Positions 14,566-24,816 of a stretch of 64,000 bases of DNA are shown here, one piece after another. The DNA comes from Polyangium spumosum (lineage in GTDB: Bacteria > Myxococcota_A > Polyangia > Polyangiales > Polyangiaceae), in contig NZ_WJIE01000009.1 in assembly GCF_009649845.1 (NCBI RefSeq), positions 32,685-96,684 of the forward strand. Direction: 5' to 3'. The number at the start of each line of letters is the position of its first letter. The first letter of the stretch is position 1. Under the pieces are notes generated by a model. The model was not told the origin of the DNA, did not search any database, and saw nothing but the letters and a program-made list of their open reading frames with translations. A program made the translations under genes and the position numbers.

Positions 14566-17500
14566 GTGCGGCCGGGAGAGGTGCTCGGTGGGCGCTTCCG
14601 CGTCGAGGCGCGCGTCAATGCAGGAGGGATGGGCGAGATCTTTCGCGCCATCGATCTCCTGACCGATCACGTCGTCGCGGCGAAGATCCTCGTCAACGTC
14701 TCCCCCGAGAGCCTCGAGCGTTTCCGCCGCGAGGCGCAGATCCTCGAGCGCCTCTCCCACCCCGGCATCGTCCGCTACGTCGCATACGACACGTCCGACG
14801 AGACGAGCCCGCTGCTCGTGATGGAATGGCTCGAGGGCGAGGACCTCGGCCGCAGGCTCGCCCGAGGCCCGCTCACCGTCCGCGAGGCCGTCGCGCTCGG
14901 CCAGCGCATCGCCGAGGCCCTCTCCGTGGCCCACGAGGCCGGCGTCGTGCACCGCGACCTCAAGCCGCAGAACGTCTTCCTCGTGAACGGCTCCACCTCC
15001 GAGCCGCGTATCCTCGACTTCGGCATCGCCCACTGCGGCGAGGCCTCGCGCATCACCCAGACCGGCACCGTCATCGGCACGCCGAGCTACATGGCGCCCG
15101 AGCAGGTCCGCAGCGGCAGCGTCGTCAAGGCGAGCGCCGACGTCTTCTCCCTCGGCTGCCTCCTCTTCGAATGCATCACCGGCGCGCCGCCCTTCCGCGC
15201 CGATCACACGATCGCCGTCCTCGCCAAGATCATCTTCGAAGACGCGCCGCGCCTCGGCGAGCGCGCGCCCGCCGTGCCCTCGTGGCTCGACGGGTTCGTC
15301 GCCCGCATGCTCGCCAAGGACCCGGCCGGGAGGCCCCCAGACGGCGCGGCCGTCGCGCTCGCGCTCGCCGGCGAGAAGGACCTCGAGCCCCCCATCTCGG
15401 AGGCGCCGCGCTCCTCCGCGCCCCGCTCCACGCTCGGCGCGTGCGAGCGCAGGTTCCTCGGGGTCGTGCTCCGCGGCCGCAGGGAGCCCCAGCGCCGCAG
15501 CTACCCTCCTCCCGCGGCCACGCTCGCCTGCACCTCGCCGACCGACGATCTCAGCGCGATCGCCGAGCGCTTCGGGGGCCACCTCGAGGTCTTCGCCGAC
15601 GGCACGGCCGCCGTCGTCATCGACAGGACACGCGTGCCCACCGACGTCGCGGCCCACGTCGCCCGCTGCGCCCTCGCGCTCTGGGAGCGCGCGCCCGGCG
15701 CTGCCATGGCCGTCGCCGCGGGCTTCGGCGAGCGCGCGCGTGGCGTGCCCGTCGGCGAGGCCATCGACCGCGCCGCGCGGCTCCTGCACGACGGCGGCGA
15801 CGAGGCGCGTATCGCCCTCGACGAGACCACGGCGGGCCTGCTCGACGCGCGCTTCGACGTGGAGGCGCTCGAGGGCGGCGGCTTCGCGCTGCTCGGCGAG
15901 CGCGCCAGCTTCGAGGTCTCGCGGCCGCTGCTCGGCAAGGCCACGCCTTGTGTCGGTCGCGAGCACGAGCTCGGCCTCTTCGACCTCACCTTCGGCGCCT
16001 GCAAGAACGAGCCTGCGGCGCGTGTCGTCGTCGTCTCCGGGCCCGCCGGCATCGGCAAGTCGCGCCTGCTCCACGAGTTCGTCGAGCGGCAGCGGGCCGC
16101 GATCGAGCCGGCCGAGATCTGGTTCGGCCGCGGGGATCCTCTACGTGTCGCGTCGAGCTTTGGCCTGCTCGCCGAGGTCCTGCGGGGCGCCTCGGGCATC
16201 CGGGGCGGCGAGCCGCTCGCGCGCCGCCGCGAGCTGCTCTTCGCCCGCGTCGCGTGTTCTGTACCCGAGCGGGATCGCCGCCGCGTCGCGCATTTCCTCG
16301 GCGAGCTCATGGGCGTGCCCTTCCCCGACGACGAGGACTTGCCGCTGCGCGCCGCGCGCCAGGACCCCGAGCTCTGCGGCGAGCAGATGCAGCGCGCGCT
16401 GCGTGATTTCCTGCGCGCCGAGTGCGCGGACAAACCGCTCGTGCTCCTGCTCGAGGACGTGCACTGGGGTGATCGTGCCTCCTTGCTCGCGCTCGACGCG
16501 GCGCTCGAGGGCCTCGCGTTCGAGCCGATCTTCCTCGTCGCCTCGGCGCGCCCCGAGATCGACGAGCTCTTCCCTGGCCTCTGGTCGAGCCGCGGCCGGC
16601 AGGACGTCCGCCTCCGGCAGCTCTCGCCGCGGGCGTGTGTTCGCCTCGTGCGCCACGCGCTCGGCGAGCTCCGGCCCGAGCTCGAGCAGCGCCTCGTCGT
16701 GTCCTCCGAGGGGCACCCGTTTTTCCTGGAGGAGCTCATCCGCGCCGAGGCCGAGGGTCGCGGCGGCAGCCCGCCTGGGACGGTCGTGGCCATGGTGCAA
16801 TCGCGCCTCGAGCGCCTGGAGCCGAGCGCGCGCCGCACCTTGCGCGCCGCGAGTATCCTCGGCGAGGTCTTCTGGCGTGGCGCCGTCACGCGTTTGGCGG
16901 GTGAGGACGACGAGGCCGTCGCGCGGGATCTCTCGGCCCTCGTCACCCACGAGATCGTGATCCGCCAGCGCGAGAGCCGGTTCCTGGGGGAGCCTCAATA
17001 TGCATTTCGCCAGGCGCTCTGGCGCGAGGGCGCGTATGCGATGCTCACGGACGAGGATCGCGCGCTCGGCCATCACCTCGCGGCCGAGTGGCTGGACGAG
17101 AAGGGCGAGGGTGATCCGCTCGTCCTGGCGGAGCATTTCGAGCGTGGCGGCGCCGCGCCGCGCGCGGCCTCGTTTTACCTGGCCTCGGCCGAGCAATCGG
17201 CGGCCCGCAAGGATTACCTCGACGCCGAGCGATGTTATGGCAAGGCGGAGGCGCTCTGGGGTGAATTGCCGACGCTCGCGCAGCGGGGCCGGGGCCTCAC
17301 GCGGTTCCGGCTCGGCCGTTATCACGACGCGCTCACCGACCTCACGCGTGCGCGGGAAGGGGCCGCGAAGCGCGGGCAGATCCTCCTCGTCGTCGAATTG
17401 CTCCTCGACGAGGCCATGGTGCTCGACTGGATGGGCGAGTATCGCGAGGCCGAGCGGCGCGTGCTCGCCGCGCGGGACGTCGATCTGGGCGAGGACGGGC

Positions 17501-18423
17501 GCACGCCGCTGCTCGGCGCGAGGCTCTTGCTCGGCATCGGGCGATCGGCGCTGCGGGCCGAGCGCGAGGAGGAGGCGGCCGACGAGCTCGCGCGGGCGGC
17601 CGAATTCGCCCAGGGCCTCGGCGACGAGGGATACGAGACCTATGTCATTGCGCACCTCCTCCTCGGGTACCTTTTGCCATTGCTGAGCCGGGTGGACGAG
17701 GCGGCGGCGTTGCTCGACGAGGTCATTCGTCGCTGCGAGGAGCGGGGGGACCTCTTGCACCTCGGCGCTGCGTGGAACACGCGCGCGATGGTCCGGGCCA
17801 TTCGTGGGGATCGGGAGGGGATGATCGAGGACTTCGAGCGCACGAGCGCGCTCGGGCGTGAGCTCGGCCAGCCGACGCTCGAGATCGCGGGGCATTACAA
17901 CCTGGCGGAGCACCTGTACTGGATGGACGACGTCGAGGCGGCCGAGCCCATGATTCGCGCGGCGCTCGCCATTGCGGCGCGGCGGTCGGGCTGCGTGCGC
18001 CCGGCGATGCTCGCCTTGCTCGACGCGCGGATCGCGCTCGGGCGCGGCGACGCGCGGACGGCGCGGGCGATCGCCTCTGGGCTTCGGGGGGGCGCCGCGG
18101 AGATGTCGCCCTCGGAGGACGTGTTATGCGCGATGATCGAGCTCGCGACGGGGGACGACTTCGAGGCGGGCCGGGCGGAGGTCGAGGCGGCGTGGGAGGC
18201 GCTCGAGGCGCGCTCGGCGCGGGCGAGCGTGGGGCAGGAGCACATCGAGGTGCTGGAGGCGCGAGCGCTCCACGCCTCGCGCCTCGGCCAGCGTGAGCGG
18301 GCCATGCGCCAGCTCGACAAGGCCATCGCGGCGGCGTCGCGGATCCCGAACGTGATGATCGATCGGCTCCGGCGCAGGCGAGCGGAGTTCGAACCGGCGC
18401 TTGGTCGTTCCGTTTGTGCGTGA
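14566..18423 (+). CDS. Ser/Thr protein kinase-STAND NTPase-TPR protein (paralog of 7442..11263)
   Basis: Kinase motifs (GGMGEIFRA, HRDLKPQNV, DFG), P-loop GPAGIGKSRL, Walker B VLLLEDVHWGD, and a helical tail. The listed ORF begins with TTG at 14506. The GTG at 14566 (VRPGEVLGGRF) aligns with the starts of the paralogs. Start uncertain. Confidence 0.85.
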   Translation: MRPGEVLGGRFRVEARVNAGGMGEIFRAIDLLTDHVVAAKILVNVSPESLERFRREAQILERLSHPGIVRYVAYDTSDETSPLLVMEWLEGEDLGRRLARGPLTVREAVALGQRIAEALSVAHEAGVVHRDLKPQNVFLVNGSTSEPRILDFGIAHCGEASRITQTGTVIGTPSYMAPEQVRSGSVVKASADVFSLGCLLFECITGAPPFRADHTIAVLAKIIFEDAPRLGERAPAVPSWLDGFVARMLAKDPAGRPPDGAAVALALAGEKDLEPPISEAPRSSAPRSTLGACERRFLGVVLRGRREPQRRSYPPPAATLACTSPTDDLSAIAERFGGHLEVFADGTAAVVIDRTRVPTDVAAHVARCALALWERAPGAAMAVAAGFGERARGVPVGEAIDRAARLLHDGGDEARIALDETTAGLLDARFDVEALEGGGFALLGERASFEVSRPLLGKATPCVGREHELGLFDLTFGACKNEPAARVVVVSGPAGIGKSRLLHEFVERQRAAIEPAEIWFGRGDPLRVASSFGLLAEVLRGASGIRGGEPLARRRELLFARVACSVPERDRRRVAHFLGELMGVPFPDDEDLPLRAARQDPELCGEQMQRALRDFLRAECADKPLVLLLEDVHWGDRASLLALDAALEGLAFEPIFLVASARPEIDELFPGLWSSRGRQDVRLRQLSPRACVRLVRHALGELRPELEQRLVVSSEGHPFFLEELIRAEAEGRGGSPPGTVVAMVQSRLERLEPSARRTLRAASILGEVFWRGAVTRLAGEDDEAVARDLSALVTHEIVIRQRESRFLGEPQYAFRQALWREGAYAMLTDEDRALGHHLAAEWLDEKGEGDPLVLAEHFERGGAAPRAASFYLASAEQSAARKDYLDAERCYGKAEALWGELPTLAQRGRGLTRFRLGRYHDALTDLTRAREGAAKRGQILLVVELLLDEAMVLDWMGEYREAERRVLAARDVDLGEDGRTPLLGARLLLGIGRSALRAEREEEAADELARAAEFAQGLGDEGYETYVIAHLLLGYLLPLLSRVDEAAALLDEVIRRCEERGDLLHLGAAWNTRAMVRAIRGDREGMIEDFERTSALGRELGQPTLEIAGHYNLAEHLYWMDDVEAAEPMIRAALAIAARRSGCVRPAMLALLDARIALGRGDARTARAIASGLRGGAAEMSPSEDVLCAMIELATGDDFEAGRAEVEAAWEALEARSARASVGQEHIEVLEARALHASRLGQRERAMRQLDKAIAAASRIPNVMIDRLRRRRAEFEPALGRSVCA

Positions 18424-18487
18424 GCGCACGGCGCGGGGGGAGGCCGTCGCGTTCGGAGGTTGCGCGCGCGCGAGGTGGAGGTCGCGC

Positions 18488-18597
18488 GCGCGAGACCTGG
18501 AGACGCGTGGGCGAGACCTGGAGACGCGTGGGCGAGACCTTCGGGGTTCGTTCGCTCACCTTGGAGACGCCTGGGCGAGACCTGGAGACGCGTGGGC
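18488..18597 (+). repeat. Block of 3-4 direct 22-bp repeats (GGGCGAGACCTGGAGACGCGTG), iteron-like
   Basis: Direct reading. The same block recurs at about 21963 and (single copy) 25255. Confidence 0.85.
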
Positions 18598-18752
18598 GGG
18601 TGGTGAGGCACTTTGCCCCAAAGTGAGGCAGTTTGACGAATACGCGAGCGTGATGCCGTAGGATGGGCTGGCCTGAAAAGGCGCCGCCCCGAAGGTGTAG
18701 CAAGCACCTCCGAGGCGACTTGACGCACCGCCGCATACACGGAGGAACGCCC

Positions 18753-19103
18753 ATGCACGATCTAGACTGGCCCGGCTCGTACGGCCAAGAGAACGATCCG
18801 CCCTGCCCGCCCGAACCTGAGACGCCGCGCCGCCGCAAGTCGGGCGCGCTCATGCTCTCCACGGAGGAAGCGCGCCACGTCCGCGTCGCCGTCCGCAAGC
18901 TCCGCCGCGCCTTCGGGAGCTTCCGCGCGATCTCCGCGATGACCGGGATCCCGGCGAGCACGCTCCGCCGCGCCGCGAACCCGAAGAGTTCGCCCACGGG
19001 CACGCTCGCGATCCGCATCGCGTCCGCCGCTGGCGTCGCGGTCGAGGTCCTTCTCGGCGGCAAGCTCGTCGTGACCACGCCGGTCATCGGGAGGGCAGCA
19101 TGA
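18753..19103 (+). CDS. HTH (XRE/Cro-like) DNA-binding protein of the mobile island
   Basis: GGAGGA RBS 6 nt upstream of the ATG. Helix-turn-helix segment FRAISAMTGIPASTLRRAA. Duplicated at 22209..22565. Confidence 0.7.
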   Translation: MHDLDWPGSYGQENDPPCPPEPETPRRRKSGALMLSTEEARHVRVAVRKLRRAFGSFRAISAMTGIPASTLRRAANPKSSPTGTLAIRIASAAGVAVEVLLGGKLVVTTPVIGRAA

Positions 19104-19351
19104 AGCGCTCCCGTGTGAGGGAACGCGAGCGCCTTCGTGCGCCCGTCGAGACCACCGACCCGGCCGCGCTGGCGGCCTACGCGGGCGAGCTGCGCCCCGT
19201 CGTCGCGAGCCTTCGGGCCCTCGCCGAAGATGCGACCGCGGCGCCGTCGCAGCGCGTCCACGCGCGCTCGTTCCTGCGTCGGGAGTTGCTGCGCGGGATC
19301 CGGGAGCTTGAAGCCCGGATCGACGCCGCTGCGCCCGTGGCGCCCGCCTGA
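19100..19351 (+). CDS. small hypothetical protein (83 aa), translationally coupled to the HTH gene (ATGA overlap)
   Basis: Four-nt overlap with the upstream stop. A near-identical duplicate starts at 22562 with GTG. Helical and Arg-rich. Confidence 0.55.
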   Translation: MKRSRVRERERLRAPVETTDPAALAAYAGELRPVVASLRALAEDATAAPSQRVHARSFLRRELLRGIRELEARIDAAAPVAPA

Positions 19352-19494
19352 TCACACCCACCTCCCGATCCATCGCAGAGTCCGAGGCGGCACAAGAACA
19401 GCCGCGTCACGATGAAGCGGCCTCAGATACGAGACCGGCCTAGCGTCGCTGTGGACATGTCAAGACTTTTCTGATATCCGGGCGTCAAGGAGAC

Positions 19495-20679
19495 TTGACC
19501 ATGAGCGCGGTTGCCAGCGAAGCCACCATCCGCATTGCGTACGATGGAGACGCGCTCCAATCCGGCACCATGGATGTTCGCGACTTGGCGCCAGCATTAT
19601 TGGCGCTGTCGGACCTATTCGACGGAGCCAATAAGGTTCTCAATGGGCCGGACAGAGCAATACAGCTTCGGATACGACACGACGTCAAGCGCGGCTCGTT
19701 CGACGTCGGTATCCAGGTTGTTCAGACGTGGGCATCCAAGATCGTGTCGCTGTTCGCAGGCGACGCGGCATCTAGTGCGGCCAACCTAATCGAAATACTT
19801 GGCTTCGCAATTGGGGCCCCGCTGGGACTTCTTAAGCTAATTAAATGGCTGCGTGGCCGAGCGGTGCAACGGGTAGAGTTGCTGAACGACAACGGGGCGC
19901 GTCTTATCGTAGAGGGCGACGAGATAATTATTTCGCGCCCATTGGCTATGGTCTTCAATGACCTTGGGGTCCGTCGCGCGCTGGCTGCCGTGATGTCGCC
20001 TCTGAATCGGGATGGGATCGACTCGTTCGTGGCCAAGACGGCTGACGGCGTGGTCGTTGAGCAGGTCGCAAAAGACGAACGCGGAGTGTTTAGCCCTCCC
20101 GACGCGGTTGATACCACATCGAAGCCAATCAACATAAGCGAATTTAAGCAGGCATACACCATTGTATCTGTTACGTTCAAAGACGGCAACAAGTGGCGCG
20201 TGTCCGATGGTCAAAGCACCATTGCGGTCACAATCGAAGATGCTGACTTTTTGCGACGCGTAAACAATCACGACGTTAGCTTTGTCAAGGACGACGTGAT
20301 TCGATGCGAAGTCAGGCAAGAGCAGTCGATGACGCCATCTGGGCTGAAGACCGAGGTCTTCGTTAAACGTGTGCTTGAGCATCAGCATACCTATCGACAA
20401 ATGATATTGCCGATGTCTGAAGCGGCAACCGTGCGCCCAGCCCTGCCGCCGGTTGAGCGCGCAATTGGCAGCGGGGATGAAGTGTTGGCTTTCTCGGCGC
20501 CACAATCGAATGAGGAAACGGCCAACGCCCCGTCGGTGGCCAAAGAGGAAACGGCGGTTGCGGTGACGGCTTCGCGGCCACTCGAAACGAACTCGGAAGG
20601 GCCGCGCCACGTCCAGCCCACCGACATTAGTCCGTCAAAGCCCGGTCCGAAGAAGAAGGGTGCTAAGCGGAAACGCTAG
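19495..20679 (+). CDS. hypothetical protein (394 aa), low-GC cargo gene
   Basis: GC about 55% with non-native codon usage versus the flanks. Long ORF with balanced composition. GGAGACTTGACCATG context at the start. Lys-rich C-terminal tail (KPGPKKKGAKRKR). No recognisable family. Confidence 0.65.
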   Translation: MTMSAVASEATIRIAYDGDALQSGTMDVRDLAPALLALSDLFDGANKVLNGPDRAIQLRIRHDVKRGSFDVGIQVVQTWASKIVSLFAGDAASSAANLIEILGFAIGAPLGLLKLIKWLRGRAVQRVELLNDNGARLIVEGDEIIISRPLAMVFNDLGVRRALAAVMSPLNRDGIDSFVAKTADGVVVEQVAKDERGVFSPPDAVDTTSKPINISEFKQAYTIVSVTFKDGNKWRVSDGQSTIAVTIEDADFLRRVNNHDVSFVKDDVIRCEVRQEQSMTPSGLKTEVFVKRVLEHQHTYRQMILPMSEAATVRPALPPVERAIGSGDEVLAFSAPQSNEETANAPSVAKEETAVAVTASRPLETNSEGPRHVQPTDISPSKPGPKKKGAKRKR

Positions 20680-20812
20680 GACATTCAGTGTCCGATCGGA
20701 GCGTCGATTCTCCACGTTTTCGGCCTCTCTCGTGGTACTTTCTACCAGTCAACGGCGACGCGGGGAGGGTGCGACGGGGCGCCCGATAGACCGTCGCCGG
20801 GGCCGGTGCCCG

Positions 20813-21922
20813 ATGGCGAACGTCCTTTCCGACGAGAAGCGTCTTCGTGTCTTCGCCGCGCTGGTAGACGGCAACTCCGAGCGCGCCGTCTCGCGTATGA
20901 CCGACGTCCACACCCGGACCATCCGGAAGCTCGTCCTTGCCCTCGGAGAGGGCGCCGTGAGCCTGCACAACCGGCTCGCGCGCGACCTCCGGTGCTCGCT
21001 CATCCAATGCGATGAGGTGTGGAGCTACGTCGGGAAGAAGCAGGCCCGCGTGACCGCGGAGGACGCGCCCGGCATCGGCGAGGCGTACACGTTCGTGGCG
21101 CTCGATGCGTCGAGCCGGTTCGTGATCTCGTGGTTCGTGGGGAAGCGCGACGAGCAGAGCGCCCGCGCCTTCATGACCGACGTGCGCGCGCGCCTGGTCG
21201 TGATGCCCATGGTCGCCACGGACGGCTTCGCGCCCTACGTGACCGCCATCGGCGCGTCCTTCGGGCCCGGCGTCGATTACGCACAGATGTCGAAGAATTA
21301 CAGCGGGAAGCGACGCCGCGACGATGATCACCGCTACGAGCCGCCCCGTGAGCCCTTCATCACGAAGAAGCCCGTCTTCGGCGCGCCCGACATGGCGAAG
21401 ACCTCTACCGCCTACATCGAGCGGCAAAACGCCACCATGCGGCACGTCATCGGCCGCATGCGCCGGCTCTGCTACGCGTTCAGCAAGCGCCCCGAGAATC
21501 ACCGCGCTGCGATTGCGTTGTCCTACGTCTATTACAACTTCTGTCATGTCGTCTCCTCGCTTCGAGTGACGCCGGCCATGGCCGTTGGCATCACGGATCA
21601 CGTGTGGTCGTTGGAAGAACTGCTCGGCGCGCTTCTGGACGCTGCGCCGACCGACCGCCCCGAGAAGAAGCCCCTCGCGCCGCGCGTGCCCGAAGGCCCG
21701 GCGCGGGAGTTGCCGAACGGCCGTGGCTTCCTCCGTGTGGTCGACGGCGGGAAGGGGACGGCGCAGCGTCATCACTTCGAGCCGCCCCCGGTTACCCCGG
21801 CACCCGTCGCCGCGCGCGTCGAGCCCGTCGCCGATCCGACTGGACAGCTTGACCTCTTGTCGTGGCGTCCGAAGCCCCGGCCCCCGATCCAGATGAGCCT
21901 CTTTCCGGACCTGGAAAAGTGA
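20813..21922 (+). CDS. IS1-family transposase (fused InsA-like HTH + InsB-like DDE domain)
   Basis: The IS1 InsB signature CDEVWSYVGKK...YTFVALDASSRFVISWFVGKRD...MPMVATDGFAPY parallels E. coli IS1 CDEMWGYVGAK...DGWPLY. ATG start MANVLSDEKRL. Confidence 0.85.
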   Translation: MANVLSDEKRLRVFAALVDGNSERAVSRMTDVHTRTIRKLVLALGEGAVSLHNRLARDLRCSLIQCDEVWSYVGKKQARVTAEDAPGIGEAYTFVALDASSRFVISWFVGKRDEQSARAFMTDVRARLVVMPMVATDGFAPYVTAIGASFGPGVDYAQMSKNYSGKRRRDDDHRYEPPREPFITKKPVFGAPDMAKTSTAYIERQNATMRHVIGRMRRLCYAFSKRPENHRAAIALSYVYYNFCHVVSSLRVTPAMAVGITDHVWSLEELLGALLDAAPTDRPEKKPLAPRVPEGPARELPNGRGFLRVVDGGKGTAQRHHFEPPPVTPAPVAARVEPVADPTGQLDLLSWRPKPRPPIQMSLFPDLEK

Positions 21923-21962
21923 GGCACTTTGAACCGCGAGTGGGATACATGCCCCACTACCC

Positions 21963-22058
21963 GTGGGCGAGACCTGGAGACGCGTGGGCGAGACCTTCGG
22001 GGTTCGTTCGCTCACCTTGGAGACGTGTGGGCGAGACCTGGAGACGCGTGGGCGGGTG
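21963..22058 (+). repeat. second block of the 22-bp direct repeats
   Basis: Direct reading; near-identical to 18488..18597. Confidence 0.85.
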
Positions 22059-22208
22059 GTGGGCCTCTTTAGATAAGACTGGGCCCTTTTGACGCACTAG
22101 CGCGATCTCGGAGCTACGCTTCGGGGGCCTGAAAAGGCGCCGCCCCGATGGCGCTATCCACACCACCGGGGCGACTTGACGCAACCACGCTCGCACGAGG
22201 TCACGCCC

Positions 22209-22565
22209 ATGCACGATCTGTCATGGCCCGGTTCATACGGCCAAGAGAACGACCCCCACTGCCCCGCCGAACCCGAGACGCCCGAACCAAAGCGCCGCCG
22301 CTCGGGCGCGCTCATGCTCTCCGCGGAGGAGGCGCGCCACGTGCGCGTCGCGATCCGCAAGCTCCGCCGCGCCTTCGGGAGCTTCCGCGCGCTCTCCCTG
22401 AAGACCGGCATCCCGGCGAGTACGCTCCGCCGCGCCGCGAACCCGAAGAGCTCGCCCACGGGCACGCTCGCGATCCGCATCGCATCGGCCGCGGGCGTCG
22501 CGGTCGAGGTGCTTCTCGGCGGCAAGCTCGTCGTGACCACGCCGGTCATCGGGAGGGCAGCGTGA
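22209..22565 (+). CDS. HTH (XRE/Cro-like) protein, second copy
   Basis: About 90% identical to the 18753..19103 product. Confidence 0.7.
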   Translation: MHDLSWPGSYGQENDPHCPAEPETPEPKRRRSGALMLSAEEARHVRVAIRKLRRAFGSFRALSLKTGIPASTLRRAANPKSSPTGTLAIRIASAAGVAVEVLLGGKLVVTTPVIGRAA

Positions 22566-22807
22566 GCCGGTCGCGTGTTCGGGATCGGGCTCGCCTTCGA
22601 GCGCCCGTCGAGACCACCGACCCGGCCGCGCTGGCGGCCTACGCGGGCACGCTGCGCCCCGTCGTCGCGAGCCTCCGGGCGTTGGTCGAGGATGCTACGG
22701 CCGCGCCGTCGCAACGCGTCCACGCCCGCGCCTTCCTGCGTCGTGAGATCCTCCGCGGCATCCGCGAACTGGAAGCCCGGATCGACGCCGCTACGCCGTC
22801 TACGTGA
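22562..22807 (+). CDS. small hypothetical protein, second copy (GTG start, GTGA overlap)
   Basis: Paralog of 19100..19351 (RLRAPVETTDPAALAAYAG...). Confidence 0.5.
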   Translation: MSRSRVRDRARLRAPVETTDPAALAAYAGTLRPVVASLRALVEDATAAPSQRVHARAFLRREILRGIRELEARIDAATPST

Positions 22808-22977
22808 CCGAAGGGGCGCCTATCCCCCGGGCGCCCTGCTCCCCCGTCCAGGTCCGACCCGCCTACGCCGCGATCCGGCGGCTTCCTCCCCTGCTAGCCC
22901 GTCACGCGTGAACGCTCGCCCCCGGTGCATACGCTCCGGATTGCGGCTGAGAACGCATTGCTCGTATACGACGGTGT

Positions 22978-23286
22978 ATGAGGATTGGTATCAAAGGCAA
23001 GGCATTGAACGGTTGCGATTTCAACGAGCGCACCGCTCTCGCGGTAGTCGACACGTACCGCACGTCTCTAGAGACATTTGGACACGGCTTGCGTGCGTCC
23101 AGCCGTCTGGCGGTAAACGCCGTCGCGGCTGCGTCGGGCGGCGCGATGCTACCGATTACGAGCGTTGCACCGCTTGAGCCGGAAGAGAAAGCGGAGGTTC
23201 GGCGCCTGGTGGAGGTGTTTGCGGCGAAGTATTTCCCTGAATACGCAATCGAGATTGAAGACACTCAGCCATCAAGCGCTGGGTGA
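22978..23286 (+). CDS. hypothetical protein (102 aa) in low-GC cargo of the second module
   Basis: ORF in a region of lower GC. No recognisable domain. Confidence 0.35.
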   Translation: MRIGIKGKALNGCDFNERTALAVVDTYRTSLETFGHGLRASSRLAVNAVAAASGGAMLPITSVAPLEPEEKAEVRRLVEVFAAKYFPEYAIEIEDTQPSSAG

Positions 23287-23381
23287 TTACTTCCGAGCAC
23301 AAGTAGAAACGGAAACGCGCGGTGTCGATAGTGTTCGGTTTGGTAGTCATAGCAAGCACCTTTGCAATACCGATACCACGC

Positions 23382-24500
23382 CTACCCGTCCGGGAACAGC
23401 GTCAACTGCCCGCTCCGGGGGCGCCACGCGAACAGGTCAAGCTGCGTCCCCGGTGGCGGTAGCGGCTCGCGCGGAGCTTCCCCCGTCCCGACCCTCGCCG
23501 GGGGCGCGGCAGGCGGCGTAGGAGCACGCGGAGCCTCGCTCGGCTTGGCCTTCCCGCCGTCGACCACGCGAAGGAACCCGCGCCCGTTCGGCAGCTCCCG
23601 AGCCGGGCCCTCGGGCACGCGCGGCGCGAGGGGCTTCGTCTCGGGGCGCTCGACGGGCGCGGCTGAGAGGATCGCCTGCATGAACTCCTCCAGCGACCAG
23701 ACGTGATCCGTGACGCCCGCGGCCATCGCCGGGGTCACGCGGAGCGTCGAGACCACGTGGCAGAGGTTGTAGTACGCGTAGCAGAGCGAGATCGCGGCGC
23801 GGTGGTTCTCGGCCTTCTTGCTGAACGCGTAGCAGAGCCGGCGGAGTCGCCCGATCGTGTGCCGCATCGTCGCGTTCTGGCGCTCGACGTACGCCGTCGA
23901 GACCTTGCCCATGTCGGGCGCCCCGAAGACGACCTTCTTCGTGATGAAGGGGTCGCGAGGCGGCTCGTAGCGGTGATCGCCCCGCTGCCCGTCCGCGCGC
24001 CGCTTGCTCGTGTAGTTCTTCGACATCATCGCGTAGTCGACGCCGGGCCCGAAGGACGCGCCCACGGCGGCCACGTAGGGCGCGAACCCGTCCGTCGCGA
24101 CCATGGGCATCACGGCGAGCCGGGCGCGGACGTCGGCCATGAACTCCCGCGCGGTCTGCTCGTCGCGCTTCCCGACGTGCCACGAGATCACGAACCGGCT
24201 CGACGCGTCGAGCGCGACGAACGTGTACGCCTCGCCGATCCCTGGCGCGTCATCCGCGGTCACGCGGGCCTGCTTCTTCCCGACGTAGGACCAGATCTCG
24301 TCGCACTGGATGAGCGAGCACCGGAGGTCCCGCGCGAGGCGGTTGTGGAGGCTCTGCGCGCCCCGCCCGAACGCGAGCGCTAGGCGGCGGATCGTCTTCC
24401 GATCCACGTCGGTCATCCGCTCGACGGCGCGCTCGGAGTTGCCGTCGACCAAAGCAGCAAGCACGCGGAGACGCTTCTCCGGATCCAGGACGTTCGCCAC
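23382..24500 (-). CDS. IS1-family transposase, second (divergent, inverted) copy
   Basis: Same InsA/InsB-like motifs (CDEIWSYVGKK, YTFVALDASSRFVISWHVGKRD, MPMVATDGFAPY). The probable GTG start (VANVLDPEKRL) aligns with the other copy's MANVL. An alternative longer start at 24635 is unlikely. Confidence 0.8.
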   Translation of the reverse strand: MANVLDPEKRLRVLAALVDGNSERAVERMTDVDRKTIRRLALAFGRGAQSLHNRLARDLRCSLIQCDEIWSYVGKKQARVTADDAPGIGEAYTFVALDASSRFVISWHVGKRDEQTAREFMADVRARLAVMPMVATDGFAPYVAAVGASFGPGVDYAMMSKNYTSKRRADGQRGDHRYEPPRDPFITKKVVFGAPDMGKVSTAYVERQNATMRHTIGRLRRLCYAFSKKAENHRAAISLCYAYYNLCHVVSTLRVTPAMAAGVTDHVWSLEEFMQAILSAAPVERPETKPLAPRVPEGPARELPNGRGFLRVVDGGKAKPSEAPRAPTPPAAPPARVGTGEAPREPLPPPGTQLDLFAWRPRSGQLTLFPDG

Positions 24501-24779
24501 GGTCCCCTCGCCAGCGCTCCGGCGTCGGACCGCGATCTCGCGGCTTCCGACCCATCGGAGCGGTTCAAGTGATGGGACGAGAATAGCATAACGTGCATGA
24601 ATCGCGCGCACGTTTGTGGCGCAGGTAGGACGCATAATGTCCTACGTCACGCGGTTCCGCGGCGTTCGTCGCGGGCTACGACGTTCCACGTTCGTGCACG
24701 TTTAGCGATTGTTGCACGATTAAAGTGCTTCCCTTGTGCCGTCGCGGGATGGAGCTACGGTGCGGGCTGCTCGCCAAAG

Positions 24780-24816
24780 CGAGAAGGCCGGGGAGCTGCC
24801 AACTCCCCGGCCTTCT
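24780..24816. other. perfect 15-bp-stem inverted repeat (GAGAAGGCCGGGGAG ... CTCCCCGGCCTTCTC) stem-loop
   Basis: Direct reading. No T-tract follows, so it is not a classical intrinsic terminator. It could be a protein-binding or IS-end structure. Confidence 0.4.

Noticed and set aside
14482-16074. 530-aa minus-strand ORF and several other 200-500-aa ORFs antisense to kinase 2
   Set aside because: Same high-GC antisense signature. No motifs.
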